From contig JAPEUD010000008.1 in the NCBI GenBank assembly GCA_026026165.1, positions 434,001-498,000 of the forward strand: a DNA stretch of 64,000 nucleotides, written 5' to 3'. Below, one piece after another: positions 52,610 to 64,000 of the stretch (positions within the stretch are counted from its first letter, which is position 1; the number at the start of each line of letters is the position of its first letter). Below the pieces are notes generated by a model. That model saw nothing but the letters and a program-made list of their open reading frames with translations, was not told the DNA's origin and searched no databases. Source of the DNA: Sarea resinae. Its lineage: Eukaryota. A program made the translations under genes and the position numbers.

Positions 52610-54845
52610 CGTAGCTGGCCAAAGGACAGATCTTGTCATGGGCCATGAGATCTCTCATCGGAATTGTCAAAGGCGTTTCGCCGATGGCCATGGCGACGGC
52701 AATGATCGAGGAACGATAAACAAGAGAAATATACCCCCACGCAGACCTATCAACGACGTTAGCTCGCAGGCGTGCCCATCCCACTCCGCAACCTCCGCCA
52801 CAGTCCAGAGGCGTACATCAACAACCGTCCTGGACCGTGGTGAACGTTATTTGACTGTGAGTATTGTCACCACCGACGGAGGAGAGATCCGGGAGTCTGG
52901 ATCCTGGATGACTGAATTGAGTACCTCCGGGAGGGGCTGAGACTACGACGGCTAGAGCCGACATGCCGACATATTAAGGTTGCTTAGTGTACGGATCGGG
53001 AGACGGGGCCGTTGTTAGATGATGGCTATCAGCTTTGATCGACTTTAGGGGCGGGCGGGCCTCAGACCCGTTCTTTGCCTCGTTGTAGAAAGCTCACGAG
53101 GCCCGCACGGATGTTATTGATGGGGATGGGTGTATCTTTGGTAGGGCCATCTGTGTATGTACCTACGATAACCTACCGACATAGTCTAAGATCGAGAGCC
53201 TCGAAGTGCGTCATGGGATCTGCGATCTAGGGATACCGTACCGTACCCACCGACTGGCCGACTGGCCCCGACTGACCGACTTGCTAGTTCCAGAGCCTGA
53301 TCTACCTAGTCGAATCGTTATCAGACGTTGATCCTAGATGCTTCCCCGTTCAACTTTCATCCCGTGAACTCTCAACTCCGATCCCACTACCATCTCCACC
53401 AGAACGGACTCGGTAGCTAGATTGGCGCGCCCGCCAGCCTACTCTCCGCGCAGGGCCGCAATTGGCTGGAGTGCTCTCTGCCCAATTAGCCCACAGAAGC
53501 CATGGATGCCACAAAGTCAAACCCATGGTTGTCTCGATGGATAGAACGCGTAGATCTTAGATCCCAAGTTCCTAAGAAACACGGACATTTCGTGAACGAG
53601 GCCGGGAGAACCCCGTGTAAGATAGCTAAGCCGATCCAGTGGGCAAGGAAGATTGTCGGCGAGTCAGAGAGCCCGTCCATGGACGCCATGAGGTCACCTA
53701 GGTAGTCAGGTTTCCTTGCTGCACTACTGTAGAGAGGTAGCGTTTGTTGCCTGCAGGGAGCATGCAGAATAGTTTGGCAAGATCACTCGTTGCGTCAGGA
53801 TTGAGTGATAAGAAAGCAGGAAACTGGCTTTAGACGACTTGCTCTTGCGACGTTACAGTATGTATGCCGTGCGAGTGGTTTGTTTAGTGTTGTAGTGGTA
53901 GTGGTGGTGGTGATGGTGAGTAGTTTATTCTGGCGTTAGATGGCGTAGTGGACGTGGTGAGCCGGCCAGATGCGGGACGAGAGACTTTAGGCGGATCGCG
54001 AGACGCTGAGCGGGAACATGCCGAGCGGGCGTCCGCCTCTCGCTCCCGCCAGGTACGCGGAACAGTAAGGTGAGCTTGGCGGCACTACGCGACACCATTT
54101 CCGCTCGTTATCATCACGAACGCTCCTCCAAGTATATTTCGTCTCAACGAGACAACGCCGAGACTCCGTCCTCCTGTTCTTTTCTTGCTCTATGCAGCCC
54201 AATAGCATTTATTTGCTTGACTCATAGTAGAAAACGCGTGGCCACCAAAGTTGAATGTCAAGTCCAAATCCAAGGGACCCAAATCATGATCTCTCGGGCC
54301 ATTATCTTACTTTAGTGCTTGACTCTAACGTTAGCTTCGCACCTCTCTCTCTGAACCAGCAAGATAATATACACATTACATGCCCCTCGATCATAAATCC
54401 TCAGTGCTGCCAAAACCCCACCCCGCCACCCCACAATCTAGACCCCTCCCCATCATTGTCATCGTCGTCATGACGAGCTTCTCCCTCGTGCATTCGCGGT
54501 TTCTTTCTTCCGTAGCCAAGGAATCCAGAACTCTACTCGACCTATGACCCGGGGGAAGCATGGACCCGTGAGGGGACCCCTCTTTCCCGTTGTCTTTCCA
54601 ATGAAGAGACGCAGCTTAAGAAGGCGAGGGTGGGAAGCCCTCTTTACCCATTGAGAGGTTCCTATCCCCAACACGCATCTCCACACCAGTCAACGAGGCA
54701 GGCTCATGGTTGCCCCGCAAAGCGATCGATATCTGTCCCCAGAGATCAGTGTCCCCCACACGAATAACAGCCACCACACCCACACACCCACACCTGGCAC
54801 CCTACGCCATCATTTCCCCAGTTTCCCCGGATTTCGCTGTCGGTC

Positions 54846-56964
54846 ATGCCCACGATGTCACAGACGTCGACCACGACGCTCATCGAGATCATCCCACCCG
54901 CTGCCATCTCTTTACCACCCCTGGCCATACTGAAGACCCCAGCATTCGAATCCACGACCCTGCATCATGACACGCCAACTTCCTCCACATCGAAAGCCTC
55001 GTCAATTAGAGGAATACAGCTCATCGGCAGCAGCAGTGGCGGCGCACTTGAAAGCCAACAAACACTCTCGACAGACAAGCCTGACGCTGACATGCCGAAA
55101 CTGAAAGCCGCCCTTGTCATTATCACCGTAGCATCCGTCACATTTCTGAACAGTATGTTCTCCGGAATCCTTACCGTGGGCCTTCCGACGATCGCAGCCG
55201 ACTTGGCGCTGCAGCCTAATTTGTTGCTGTGGTAGGTCTTCTCTTTGTCTTTCTCATCTATTTTGCGGACTGAACATGCCGGATCTATGATTTTGTCCGA
55301 TCGTTTGGTTCCATGGCATTGGTCTTTTCCCCAGATTAAGCTGTCTTTCTTTCGGCTTGTCTTGTCTTGTCCTGTCTTAATGAGTTCGTGGGGGAATGAA
55401 GGTTGGGGGCTTCCGATTCTATATCGGGCTGGATTTAGAGCGATGCCTCTAAGCGTCGCGAATGGCGGTTCGGCCCAGCCCCTATACGGAAAACGTCGGC
55501 TTTTGATATCACGAACGAACAGTTCGAACGTTATCTGATCTGCGCGTATGCATGAGTTTAACCGATGACGAGATTCAAGGCTGACAGCCAAAATCTTTTA
55601 GGCCTGCTTCCGTCTATGCCCTCACATGTGGCTGCACGCTCCTACTCTCCGGTGCCATCGCTGACGTCGTCGGCAGCCGCTTCATGTACCTTACTGGCTG
55701 TGGTATGCTGGCGGCGTTTACGTTGGGCTGCGGACTCGCCCGCACCGGTATCCAGCTTATCCTCTGCCGTGCATTCGCTGGCATTGCCATCTCCTTCTGC
55801 CTTCCTTCTGCTGTCAGTATCATCACGGATACTTTCTCCACAGGCCAGAGGCGCAACATTGCTTTTGCGAGCTTGGGCGCTGCACAGCCGGTGGGGTTCT
55901 CCGCCGGTTTGGTATTGGGGGGCGTATTAATCGACAGTGTGGGGTGGAGATATGGCTATTATATCGGTGCCGGAATTACTGTTTTAATATTTCTGTCGGC
56001 CATGTGGGGACTGCCGAAGAACTCTGCAAGGACGGCTCCGGTGACATGGCGCAGATTTGCGTATGACATTGATTGGGTTGGGGCGACCTTGGCGAGTTCA
56101 TCGTTGGGGATGATTTCATACGTATTTGCGTATGTTTTCCAACAATTGTCTCTTGGGAAACATGACTAACGAGATTTTAGGATGGCGACGGCCAGCATCT
56201 CGCGACTGCGAGACCCAATGAACATTACACTTCTCTGCATCGCAGTTGCGCTCCTCCCAACATTTGTCCTGTGGGTGAGCCGACAAGAGCGTCTAGGTCG
56301 ACCTGCAATCATTCCCAACTCCCTCTGGCGCAACAGGGTCTTCACCTGCATCTGCATTGTTGTGTTCCTGTGCTGGGCCGTCTTCAATGCCGTACAGTAC
56401 TTCATCACACTGTTCTTCCAAGAAGTCCAAAATCTCTCTGTGCTTCAAACCTCCCTCCGCTTCCTCCCGATGGTCTTCAGCGGCTGCCTGACCAACGTCG
56501 CCACCGGCTTCCTTGTCCAACGCGTTCGAGCTAATATTCTTGTCGTTGGCGCAGGCGCGATAACTTGCCTTGCACCATTAATGATGGCCATCGCAAATCC
56601 AAGCTGGACATATTGGTCCTGTGCTTTCATTGCCACCCTTCTCTCCCCGATCGGCGCGGACACACTCTTCACTGTTTCCAACCTCGTCATCACTTCCGTC
56701 TTCCCACCTCGGACCCACGGCCTCGCAGGCGGCGTTTTCAACACGCTCTCCCAGATCGGTAATTCTGTCGGTCTTGCCGTAACCGCCATTCTTGCCTCCT
56801 CAGTCACCGCACGTTCACATCCGGCTAACAAAAGCTCACCGGAGGCCCTGATGCAGGGATACAGAGCTACATTCTGGGCTTGTCTTGGAGCCATGCTGCT
56901 GACAGTGCTTATCAGTGCTTGTGGTCTTCGGCGTATCGGGAAGGTGGGGCTGAAAAAAGAATAG
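54846..56964 (+). CDS. MFS drug:H+ antiporter (DHA2/aminotriazole-resistance-like)
   Basis: GILTVGLPTIAADL..LLLW|PASVYALTCG, GAIADVVG, RRNIAFASLGAAQPVG, DWVGA and AGGVFNTLSQIGNSVG. Introns 55232-55601 and ~56130-56180. Confidence 0.9.
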
Positions 56965-57339
56965 CAGTGATAGAACCATCTGCCAATGGACCTTTTGCCC
57001 CTCTAGCTTCAATAGCTCGGTGAAGGAAATTTCCCAATTATGAACTAGGCGTCTGTGTGGACAAGGGACTGGAGTTGGCGGATGGAATGTGTCGCTTCTC
57101 GAGTAACAGCTGGAGCGACAAGCGGCGTGATTTCTCGGAAGGGAAAGCAATTTCAAGCATTTTCAGTTGCTATTTCAATTGGGTTTGGCTGTCATAGCGC
57201 GTTCTGCTCTAGAATTTAGCAAACCATCCGGGTCATAGTGCGGCATCAATGAAGCGTTTGCGTTTGATAGCGATGGCCTTATCAATAACGGTCTCAAGCA
57301 AAGCTGAAGAATCCACAAAGTAAAATGAGTTCTGGCCTT

Positions 57340-58381
57340 TCACTTATCTAGTCCGCCAGCCTTGACAAACCTCGCTATCTGCTCCTTGCAAACCTTGTCA
57401 TTGTACTGCTCCCATAGATCGTAGAGCGAGATTATCTCCTGTGTACAGTCAATGAGAGCTTCTATGTCGACGTCGCTCTGTGCGAGCCAGGCTACAATCT
57501 TGTCCACTCTAGACTGAGGGGTGCCTTGCATGGAGGCCGAACTGGCCATATTGGCAGCCGCAGCTACTGCAGCAGCAGCATTCTGCAAGCCAGATTGAGA
57601 GGGTTTCAGGACGAGGGCGAGGAAAATGGCAGTGATAGCAACGACGTGAGGAGAGTTGAGGAGAGGCACATCGGTTAGGTAGTGATCGTTGATGATAGAC
57701 CAAGCCAGGTTGGTCTCATCCTGCGACATGTTGAAGGTGGATTGGAGGTCGAGGAGAGTCCGGTAAGGATGATGTACGATGAGCTGAGAGTTCATCTCTG
57801 AGATGAGATAGAATTCGCATTCGCCTAATTTTGCAGTGTCGGATGAGACGAAGTCTGCCGCAAAAAGAACGGGTATTATGAGCAAATGCTGGAATCACAT
57901 CGAATGAAGGAAAAGAAACGGTGGTAGATAGAGGTAGAAGATACCAGGCCAAATGTTCCGCGCTTCGCTGACAACGAGCCGGATGTGCTGCGGGCATTCC
58001 TCCATCTTGCACGCCAGATAGAACGCCGTTGCGAGTACCAAATACGGATTTGTATGTCGAATCTCAACCTTAGTGTAGAAACGACGAACATACACCTGCG
58101 CCGTTGCCAGTGCCTGCTGCCGCACCGACATTCGCCGGCCTAGCTTTCCAATCTCTGTACAAAATGAGATATATTAGCTCGGAGATTCTTAATCAGAACG
58201 AAGGAACCATTTCAATCATACGCTGATTGAAGTAGATGCTTAGCAGACGCCTCTCCGGCAATGGGTATTGCTGAATTAACCCTCGATCCTCATCCTCCAG
58301 TCGTTTTCGGATGTTGGCCAGCTTTTCCTTGGAAAATTGCCAATGAAGCCTTTGAGTCGAGACCCAGAAATTTGCGGCCAT
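57340..58381 (-). CDS. ssn8: Cyclin C (Ssn8/Srb11), Mediator kinase module
   Basis: [59 protein letters not shown] and WSIINDHY. Two introns. Confidence 0.95.
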
Positions 58382-59276
58382 GATATACTACTTGAAGCGC
58401 ATGAGAGAACAGCGAAGCAGAGGCAAGGAAGAACCACACAACGGCCCGAGTATCCAGACGACTTGGCAGAACAAATCGGAGCTGAACCGCGATGCAAGCA
58501 TAGAAGTGGCTCGGCGCTCAAAGAGAAGCTTTAGACATCGCTCTGATGATGCTTTGCATTAAGCTTTTGACTAATGTAAGCAATTCAGCAAAGGCCCATA
58601 TAGAATAAAATAGCTCTATCGATTCGACTGCACTCCTCGTGAATGTTAGACAGGATCGAGCTAGACTTCAAAGTGTATTCAGTTGATTACCTTACTGCAG
58701 TACTGCGTAGAGTGGACCTTAGTTGTATGAGACGTGGAACGAGATACGACTAGATCTCGACGGTAATTGCCCATGCGAAGCTATCTATTCGTGCATTACT
58801 ATGTACGAGGTACCTCAAGTACGGTACGAGGTTCTGCGAGCTTTTAGGTATTCTGTACACCCATAGTCGAACCTGCTTGTCTGAAGGACCTTACCAGGAG
58901 CATCGACATCACTCGGGGTTAGGCTCCGAATAATGCACGACACTTCCTGTGACCAGGCAAATATCATAATTCATTTAAGACTATCAACTATTAAGTAATC
59001 GTATAATCAACGCCTGCTGGGCCAAATACATCGATTGATCATGAGGCAAGCTATATACATGGCCTTTTTGAAGTGTTTTCGGATAGTCATACAAACATCA
59101 ATTATGGTGAAGCAATCTGAATATTCATCCAACTTTGACCCCACTCAACGCCGGTATCCAGATGCTATCGTCGAAATGAGCGTCGCGCTAATAGCTTCCA
59201 TGAAGCAAATCATCATAGATGAATCACAAGCCTCCTGAAGGTACCCCCATCCACTCTATATTACCATCAAGGGCAT

Positions 59277-60873
59277 CTAAATGTCGAGCATGCTCCTGAC
59301 TTTGATAGGTGTCATTGTTGAGTGTAGTGTCCTTGAGTCGTCGGTCATGATAGAATCAGTCTCGCGCTGAGTAGTAGCGTCGCTCATTTTGGAAGGACGA
59401 TATGGATACGGCGCATCATCACTGAATGGATCATCGATACGCTCTTGGGCGTAGGGTTCGAGCGTGCCTAGCTCAAGAGCTTGTGCCAGATTTCTCGTCG
59501 TCGGAGGCCCACCACCGACCTCTGTGGTCAGATCCCTCAACCGTTGTTCGGTATTCGCGTATTGCTGGTCTCCGTGCATCTTGCTCCACCAGCCAGGCTT
59601 CTTCACGAGGCCCAGTTCGGCGTCAATGCTACGGCCTCGCTCCTTACGCTGCTCAATCAGCTTCCGATCTTCGTTCTCCTCGACGTATCCGGCAACCTCG
59701 AGGATGATCATGATGAGTAATATAGGAGCATATCCGAGTCCGTAAATCCAGCCCGCCTCAACATTGTATTTAAATGGGCTGACGCTGAAGTGGAAAGCGG
59801 AAACAATATCGTAGACGATCTTGATGGCCAGCACGGCAAGAGACAGAACGATCTTCGTTGGCGCATAGTGGCAGAAGCCGTTGAAGCTATTCCAGCAGCC
59901 ACGATTCCTTGGCTTGTAGTAATGCACGCCATGTTGTACAGCCCAGCAGATCATGACCCAAGCTGCAATCTCCATGAACGCGGCGGCCTTGAAGCGGCCA
60001 TCAGTCGCAGCAGGTTTAGCGTCGGCATTTTGTTGCTGTGGGGATCGTTGACGTTCGATATCGGTCCAGGAGCGTGGGACGGTCAGAAAGAAATCCTACA
60101 GCACGTCAGAACCAACGAATCGAATTTGCTTTGGGGATGAGCTAACCAGCCACGCAAACAAGTAGAAGATCAGTGGCATATAGAATTCTTTCTTTCCTCT
60201 GACGTCGTCTTGAGGCAACAAAAATGGGTCGCGATCATATATCTGTCGCTCCTGCCAGGAACACCTGGAATGGTATTAGCATCAAGGAGCGGCTTGGGGG
60301 CGAATGAGAGAAGAAATACCAATGCCTCGCACTCTCCCATACAGCGGCCAACAGTGGGGGCATCATCAAGCAGTAGAAGAAAGATTGCAGAATAATGGCA
60401 ATACTCTGCAGATAATCTCGGTCAACGTCAACGCTGGTGATCCCGCTGATTATTCCGGATGCAGCAACGAAGATCAACCAGTACCACTGCCATCGTCGTC
60501 CAACGGGGCGGAATCTCTTCTCCTGCGGCAAGAAAAGCCGCCCATGCTTCCGCAAGTTGACCAAAGAGAATAGAATCGTGAATGCATACAAGCATCCGAA
60601 GACTATTCCGAGTATCGAGCGGGTGTGAATGCCATTAACCGGAGAGTAGCAGGATGTTCCGTTGACGAAGGATCCATTCGGGAACATTACCGGCTGGTAC
60701 TGGTCGAACACAAGGTAGCATTTTGAGCTGTTCGATATAGTCCCATTGCTGAAATACGTGTAATTGTAGTAATTCAGCGCGGTCGAATTGAAATGGACGC
60801 CGTTGATCAGAGTGTCGGACGAATTATCGCCGGCTGGAAACTGGAGAAGTTCCCGGATATTGATGAAGCCCAT
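59277..60873 (-). CDS. Conserved fungal multi-pass membrane protein (DUF2434-like)
   Basis: MGFINIRELLQFP, NGTISNSSKCYL, KHGRLFLPQEKRFRPVGRRWQWYW, WESARHW|..SWQERQ, RGRSIDAELG and terminal VRSMLDI. Two introns. Confidence 0.75.
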
Positions 60874-61937
60874 CTTGGCGAAACGGTTGTTGAGCCGGAC
60901 GCAGGAAGTTGTCGATGAAGGCCTTGCGACGAGCGATGGAGGCAACCTGCAATGGCAGGACGTTGAATGGTGGTCCCCAGGGTGATGGATTCGAAGGAGA
61001 GGGCGACAAGGGAAAAAAGAGAGTAGGAGAGGATGAGGAAAGAGGATAAGAGGAGAAGAAGATTGGGGCTGACAGGGCTTGGCTACCACGGACGAGAGTA
61101 CCTACTACGTACTGCGCAGTACGACCCAAGTACTATCCTCTGAAATGCTCTTGATGGCCGCTGCTAATCACTGTCTAGTTTTGCACGGACAAGTGAAAAG
61201 AGAGGTACTTGCGAGATACTTGTTGTCTCTGGAGTACTCGCCGATCACATCTCCCTCATCTCTTTCTGCTACGGAAGTACTGGGGCGGGCATCCGCATCT
61301 TACAGGTACATGACATGGATGGGACTACGGTACCATGAGGGGGAGACTGATGGGGGAGATCCATGGATCCGAGCAGTGCCGAACAAATGATATGCATGTC
61401 AAGAGCACCGACAGTACTACTACGTACTCTAGTACGAATACATGCTATGTACGAAGTACCTAGTGACGCTGAGGAAGAGCTTTCGACAAAGCTACCTACC
61501 TTACTATGTACTCACGGATATTAGTGACTACCTTAGGTTTGCTCAGGAAAGAAAAGAGCGCAAGGAACGGCATGTCAAGCATGGATACCTACCTAGGTAC
61601 GTAGGTAGCTTGTCTCTAGCATTGCATTCCCTAGTTTGGCCCAACAAGGCAATCAGAAGAGTGTACTGAAGTAAACTGCACGAGGACGAAGGGATTTTTG
61701 CTTGACAGGACCGGACACGATGGGAGATGGATGGGAGATGGGATGGGTGGATGGACCTTCTCTCTTCTCTGTCTCGCCCGCGAATCAACAAGTACCGATA
61801 GCATAAGGTAATCATCCATCAACCCAGCAATTGGCACAAGGTACTTCAGTACTCCGTAGGCCATTGCTCATTGAGCCGCTACTCCCCATTAGATTAGCAC
61901 CCTCCCCATCTCCGTAGGATCCGCTTGCGTAACTGCT

Positions 61938-61980
61938 TGCCATCACTGTCATCACTGCCATCACTGCCATCACTGCCATC
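61938..61980. repeat. Tandem 9-mer (TGCCATCAC) x ~5
   Basis: Seen directly, with one variant unit TGTCATCAC. Confidence 0.9.
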
Positions 61981-62948
61981 CACACACATCAATCGGATGA
62001 GGCATTTTTCCCAACCATGCCAACGGAAGCTCCTGCAGCGCGGTAGAGTAGTCGTACTCTCTATCAGTGAACGAGTACTCCTTCATGTCTATCTACTTTC
62101 ATTGACACCTATTGGAAGACGCTCAACCTACGTACTATGAGTACTCCGAGTACTCCGCGGTACGTAGAGTGACCTCCGAGAGTTATCCGTCGTCCGCGCC
62201 CGTCCGTCATCCGAATCGTCTCCCGCGAACTCCAGGCCCCCCATCACATCGGCCCCAGGTAGCTCATCTCACCGTGCCACTAGCATCTTGCAACAATCGC
62301 TTTCCATTGGCGCTATCGCTTCGTAGCTCAATTCATCGATGCGCTGGCCCGTGCCTCAATCGCTCACCAACGCAACTTTACGGAGAAGCACTGTGCAGAT
62401 TCGCTTACTAATCTGTCCTCTGGTGCAGGTGCTCTGAATACCTAGTAGGTAAAGTAGGTAGGTAGGTAAGTCGACAAGCTGTTCCATTATATCAGTCAGA
62501 CATAACCCGCAATTTGGAATTGCATACTGATCGTCACCCACTCCAAACCACAGTTAACGAGTTTCTAGCAGGCAGGAAATAAAGCAATCCGAATATCCAC
62601 CTAAGGTTTCATGGCATTGAAAGTGAATGATGAGTCGAGCATTGCAATTGTTAACCCCGGACTCTCCAAGTGACGCGCCAGCTTTCCTCATTCCACGCGC
62701 GCCTGTCTCATCTTAAAGCAAACCTGATTGACGCCATGATATAAGCCATTGATTCTGCCCAGTCATTCGCAGCAGACGCCTTGAGAGCCAAAACATGTAC
62801 ATGAAACACCAGGGGGTGTGGTGTGCGAAAAACGGCAGTGTAATAGAAAGACGTCTGGCTTTATGAGGATATTCCCATATTTCACCCCTCAATATTCTAG
62901 GTGATAGAGCCCGAGCGGAAGCAACCTTTGTATGCTGTTCATTGTCTA

Positions 62949-64000
62949 TCAACTCGGCCTCCTCGTCTCGAATCTGCCTCTCAACGCATCGACTTCTCGT
63001 TGCAATGCTGAAAGATCGGCCAGTACATCCTTCTCCTCGCTTTCTTCGGTTGGTGGACTTTCAGAGAAAGGGGTATCTTGCTCTCCAGGCTGTAGGAATG
63101 TAGAGCCCCGTCGGGACTGGTCATGGCTTGATCGTCTAGACTCCCCGCTGAATCGTCTTGCCTCGGATGAGAGCATGCTCGGACTATCTATACTGCCTTT
63201 GCTCGAACCCCTTTTCCTTGGGGGCGGAACGGGAGGAGGGACGGTCATGCTGGAGGAAGAAGAGACGGAAGAAGCTCTTGTTGATCGTTTAGTGGAGGAT
63301 CCAGAGACCGTACGTGCCGGAGGAGGTGCTGGTGCTTTCGATAGTCCTGAATAAGAGTCAAGGGTTCGAGAGGTTGTATGCGACGAGACTGCCATTATTG
63401 AGACGGTAGGTACGGAAGATAGTGAACGACTCTGATCGACGCCTGGGCGGCGGGAAGGAGGGGGAGGTGGTGGAGGCTTGTTCATTGAGGCCGGCCTGCC
63501 GATAGTGGTATCAGAAGAAGTCTCTGAAGCCACTTCTTCTGGTCTCGGGGACAATCGAGCGGAATTACTGCGCGAGAGCGGCGGCTTTGAGTTTCGTAGT
63601 TGGCTATGTCGGCGGGCTAATGGCGGGGTTGGGGCTCTTTTTCTCCGAGCAGAAGTAGGAGAGCTTAACCTTGCTCCTTCCTCGTCAGCATCTCCTGCTA
63701 GGCCTTCCTCAGATGCCAGGGTAGATGAAGTAGAAAGCGGAGGAGGTGGTAAGGGCTTGTTCAGGTCACTTCTTGACCTTCGCGAGCCTGTGGAGGATGT
63801 ATGTCGCGAATTGCTTGACAAAGATTGTTCGAAGGAGGGCGGATCAAAAGCAGGGTCGGTGAAGGAGACAATCTGTGGTATGTTGCCTTTGATAGGCTTT
63901 CCGTGACGTAATTTGGGTATGGGCGGCTTCTTTCTCCCTTTATCTGCACTGGCTTCCCCAAGCAGCCGCTGCTGCTCATCGTCTGAAGGACTTATTTCAT
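62949..64000 (-). CDS. 3' part of a Ser/Pro/Arg-rich uncharacterised protein (5' end outside the window)
   Basis: The frame is open from the window edge to the stop at 62949. It contains several proline-rich motifs (LNKPLPPPP, PPPPPPSRR, PPPVPPPRKR) and a short C-terminal helix DVLADLSALQREVDALRG. Confidence 0.7.
   Translation of the reverse strand, partial: EISPSDDEQQRLLGEASADKGRKKPPIPKLRHGKPIKGNIPQIVSFTDPAFDPPSFEQSLSSNSRHTSSTGSRRSRSDLNKPLPPPPLSTSSTLASEEGLAGDADEEGARLSSPTSARRKRAPTPPLARRHSQLRNSKPPLSRSNSARLSPRPEEVASETSSDTTIGRPASMNKPPPPPPPSRRPGVDQSRSLSSVPTVSIMAVSSHTTSRTLDSYSGLSKAPAPPPARTVSGSSTKRSTRASSVSSSSSMTVPPPVPPPRKRGSSKGSIDSPSMLSSEARRFSGESRRSSHDQSRRGSTFLQPGEQDTPFSESPPTEESEEKDVLADLSALQREVDALRGRFETRRPS

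Noticed and set aside
55380..55520. SRP RNA, TPP riboswitch or hammerhead identity for the structured intron
   Set aside because: The conserved SRP helix 8 and Alu motifs, the TPP CUGAGA core and the hammerhead CUGAUGA/GAAA core are absent.

Overview
Gene-dense, intron-rich (~50% GC) euchromatic DNA from a filamentous ascomycete (Pezizomycotina-type gene set with GT..CTRAC..YAG introns). About 23 protein-coding genes can be reconstructed by hand-splicing. In order: OefC-like AT-hook/Zn2Cys6 factor, a secreted Ser/Thr-rich protein, NADPH oxidase NoxB, Ubc4, glutaryl-CoA dehydrogenase, FEN1, histone H1, cytochrome b5 reductase, SND2/TMEM208, Cdc27/BimA, Slc1, NpgA PPTase, Pdx2, Cbc2, Nup82, an ACS-family MFS permease, an S28 peptidase, allantoinase, a Sas2-like MYST HAT, a DHA2-like MFS exporter, cyclin C, a DUF2434-like membrane protein and a partial Ser/Pro-rich gene. 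Ubc4 and histone H1 are essentially invisible in the ORF track because their exons are tiny. I see no intact transposon, tRNA, rRNA, CRISPR or biosynthetic gene cluster, and no convincing new multi-gene system. The best leads are modest: (1) a 370-nt intron folding into a long stem capped by a three-way junction; (2) a possible alternative membrane-anchored N-terminus hidden in an intron of the secreted protein; (3) a GATA-rich divergent promoter linking nitrogen-scavenging genes; (4) a ~100-bp-periodic decayed ankyrin-like relic; (5) a 5-nt microexon carrying a catalytic Asp of FEN1; (6) GTAC-dense intergenic patches. Family names come from my recognition of motifs, not from database searches.
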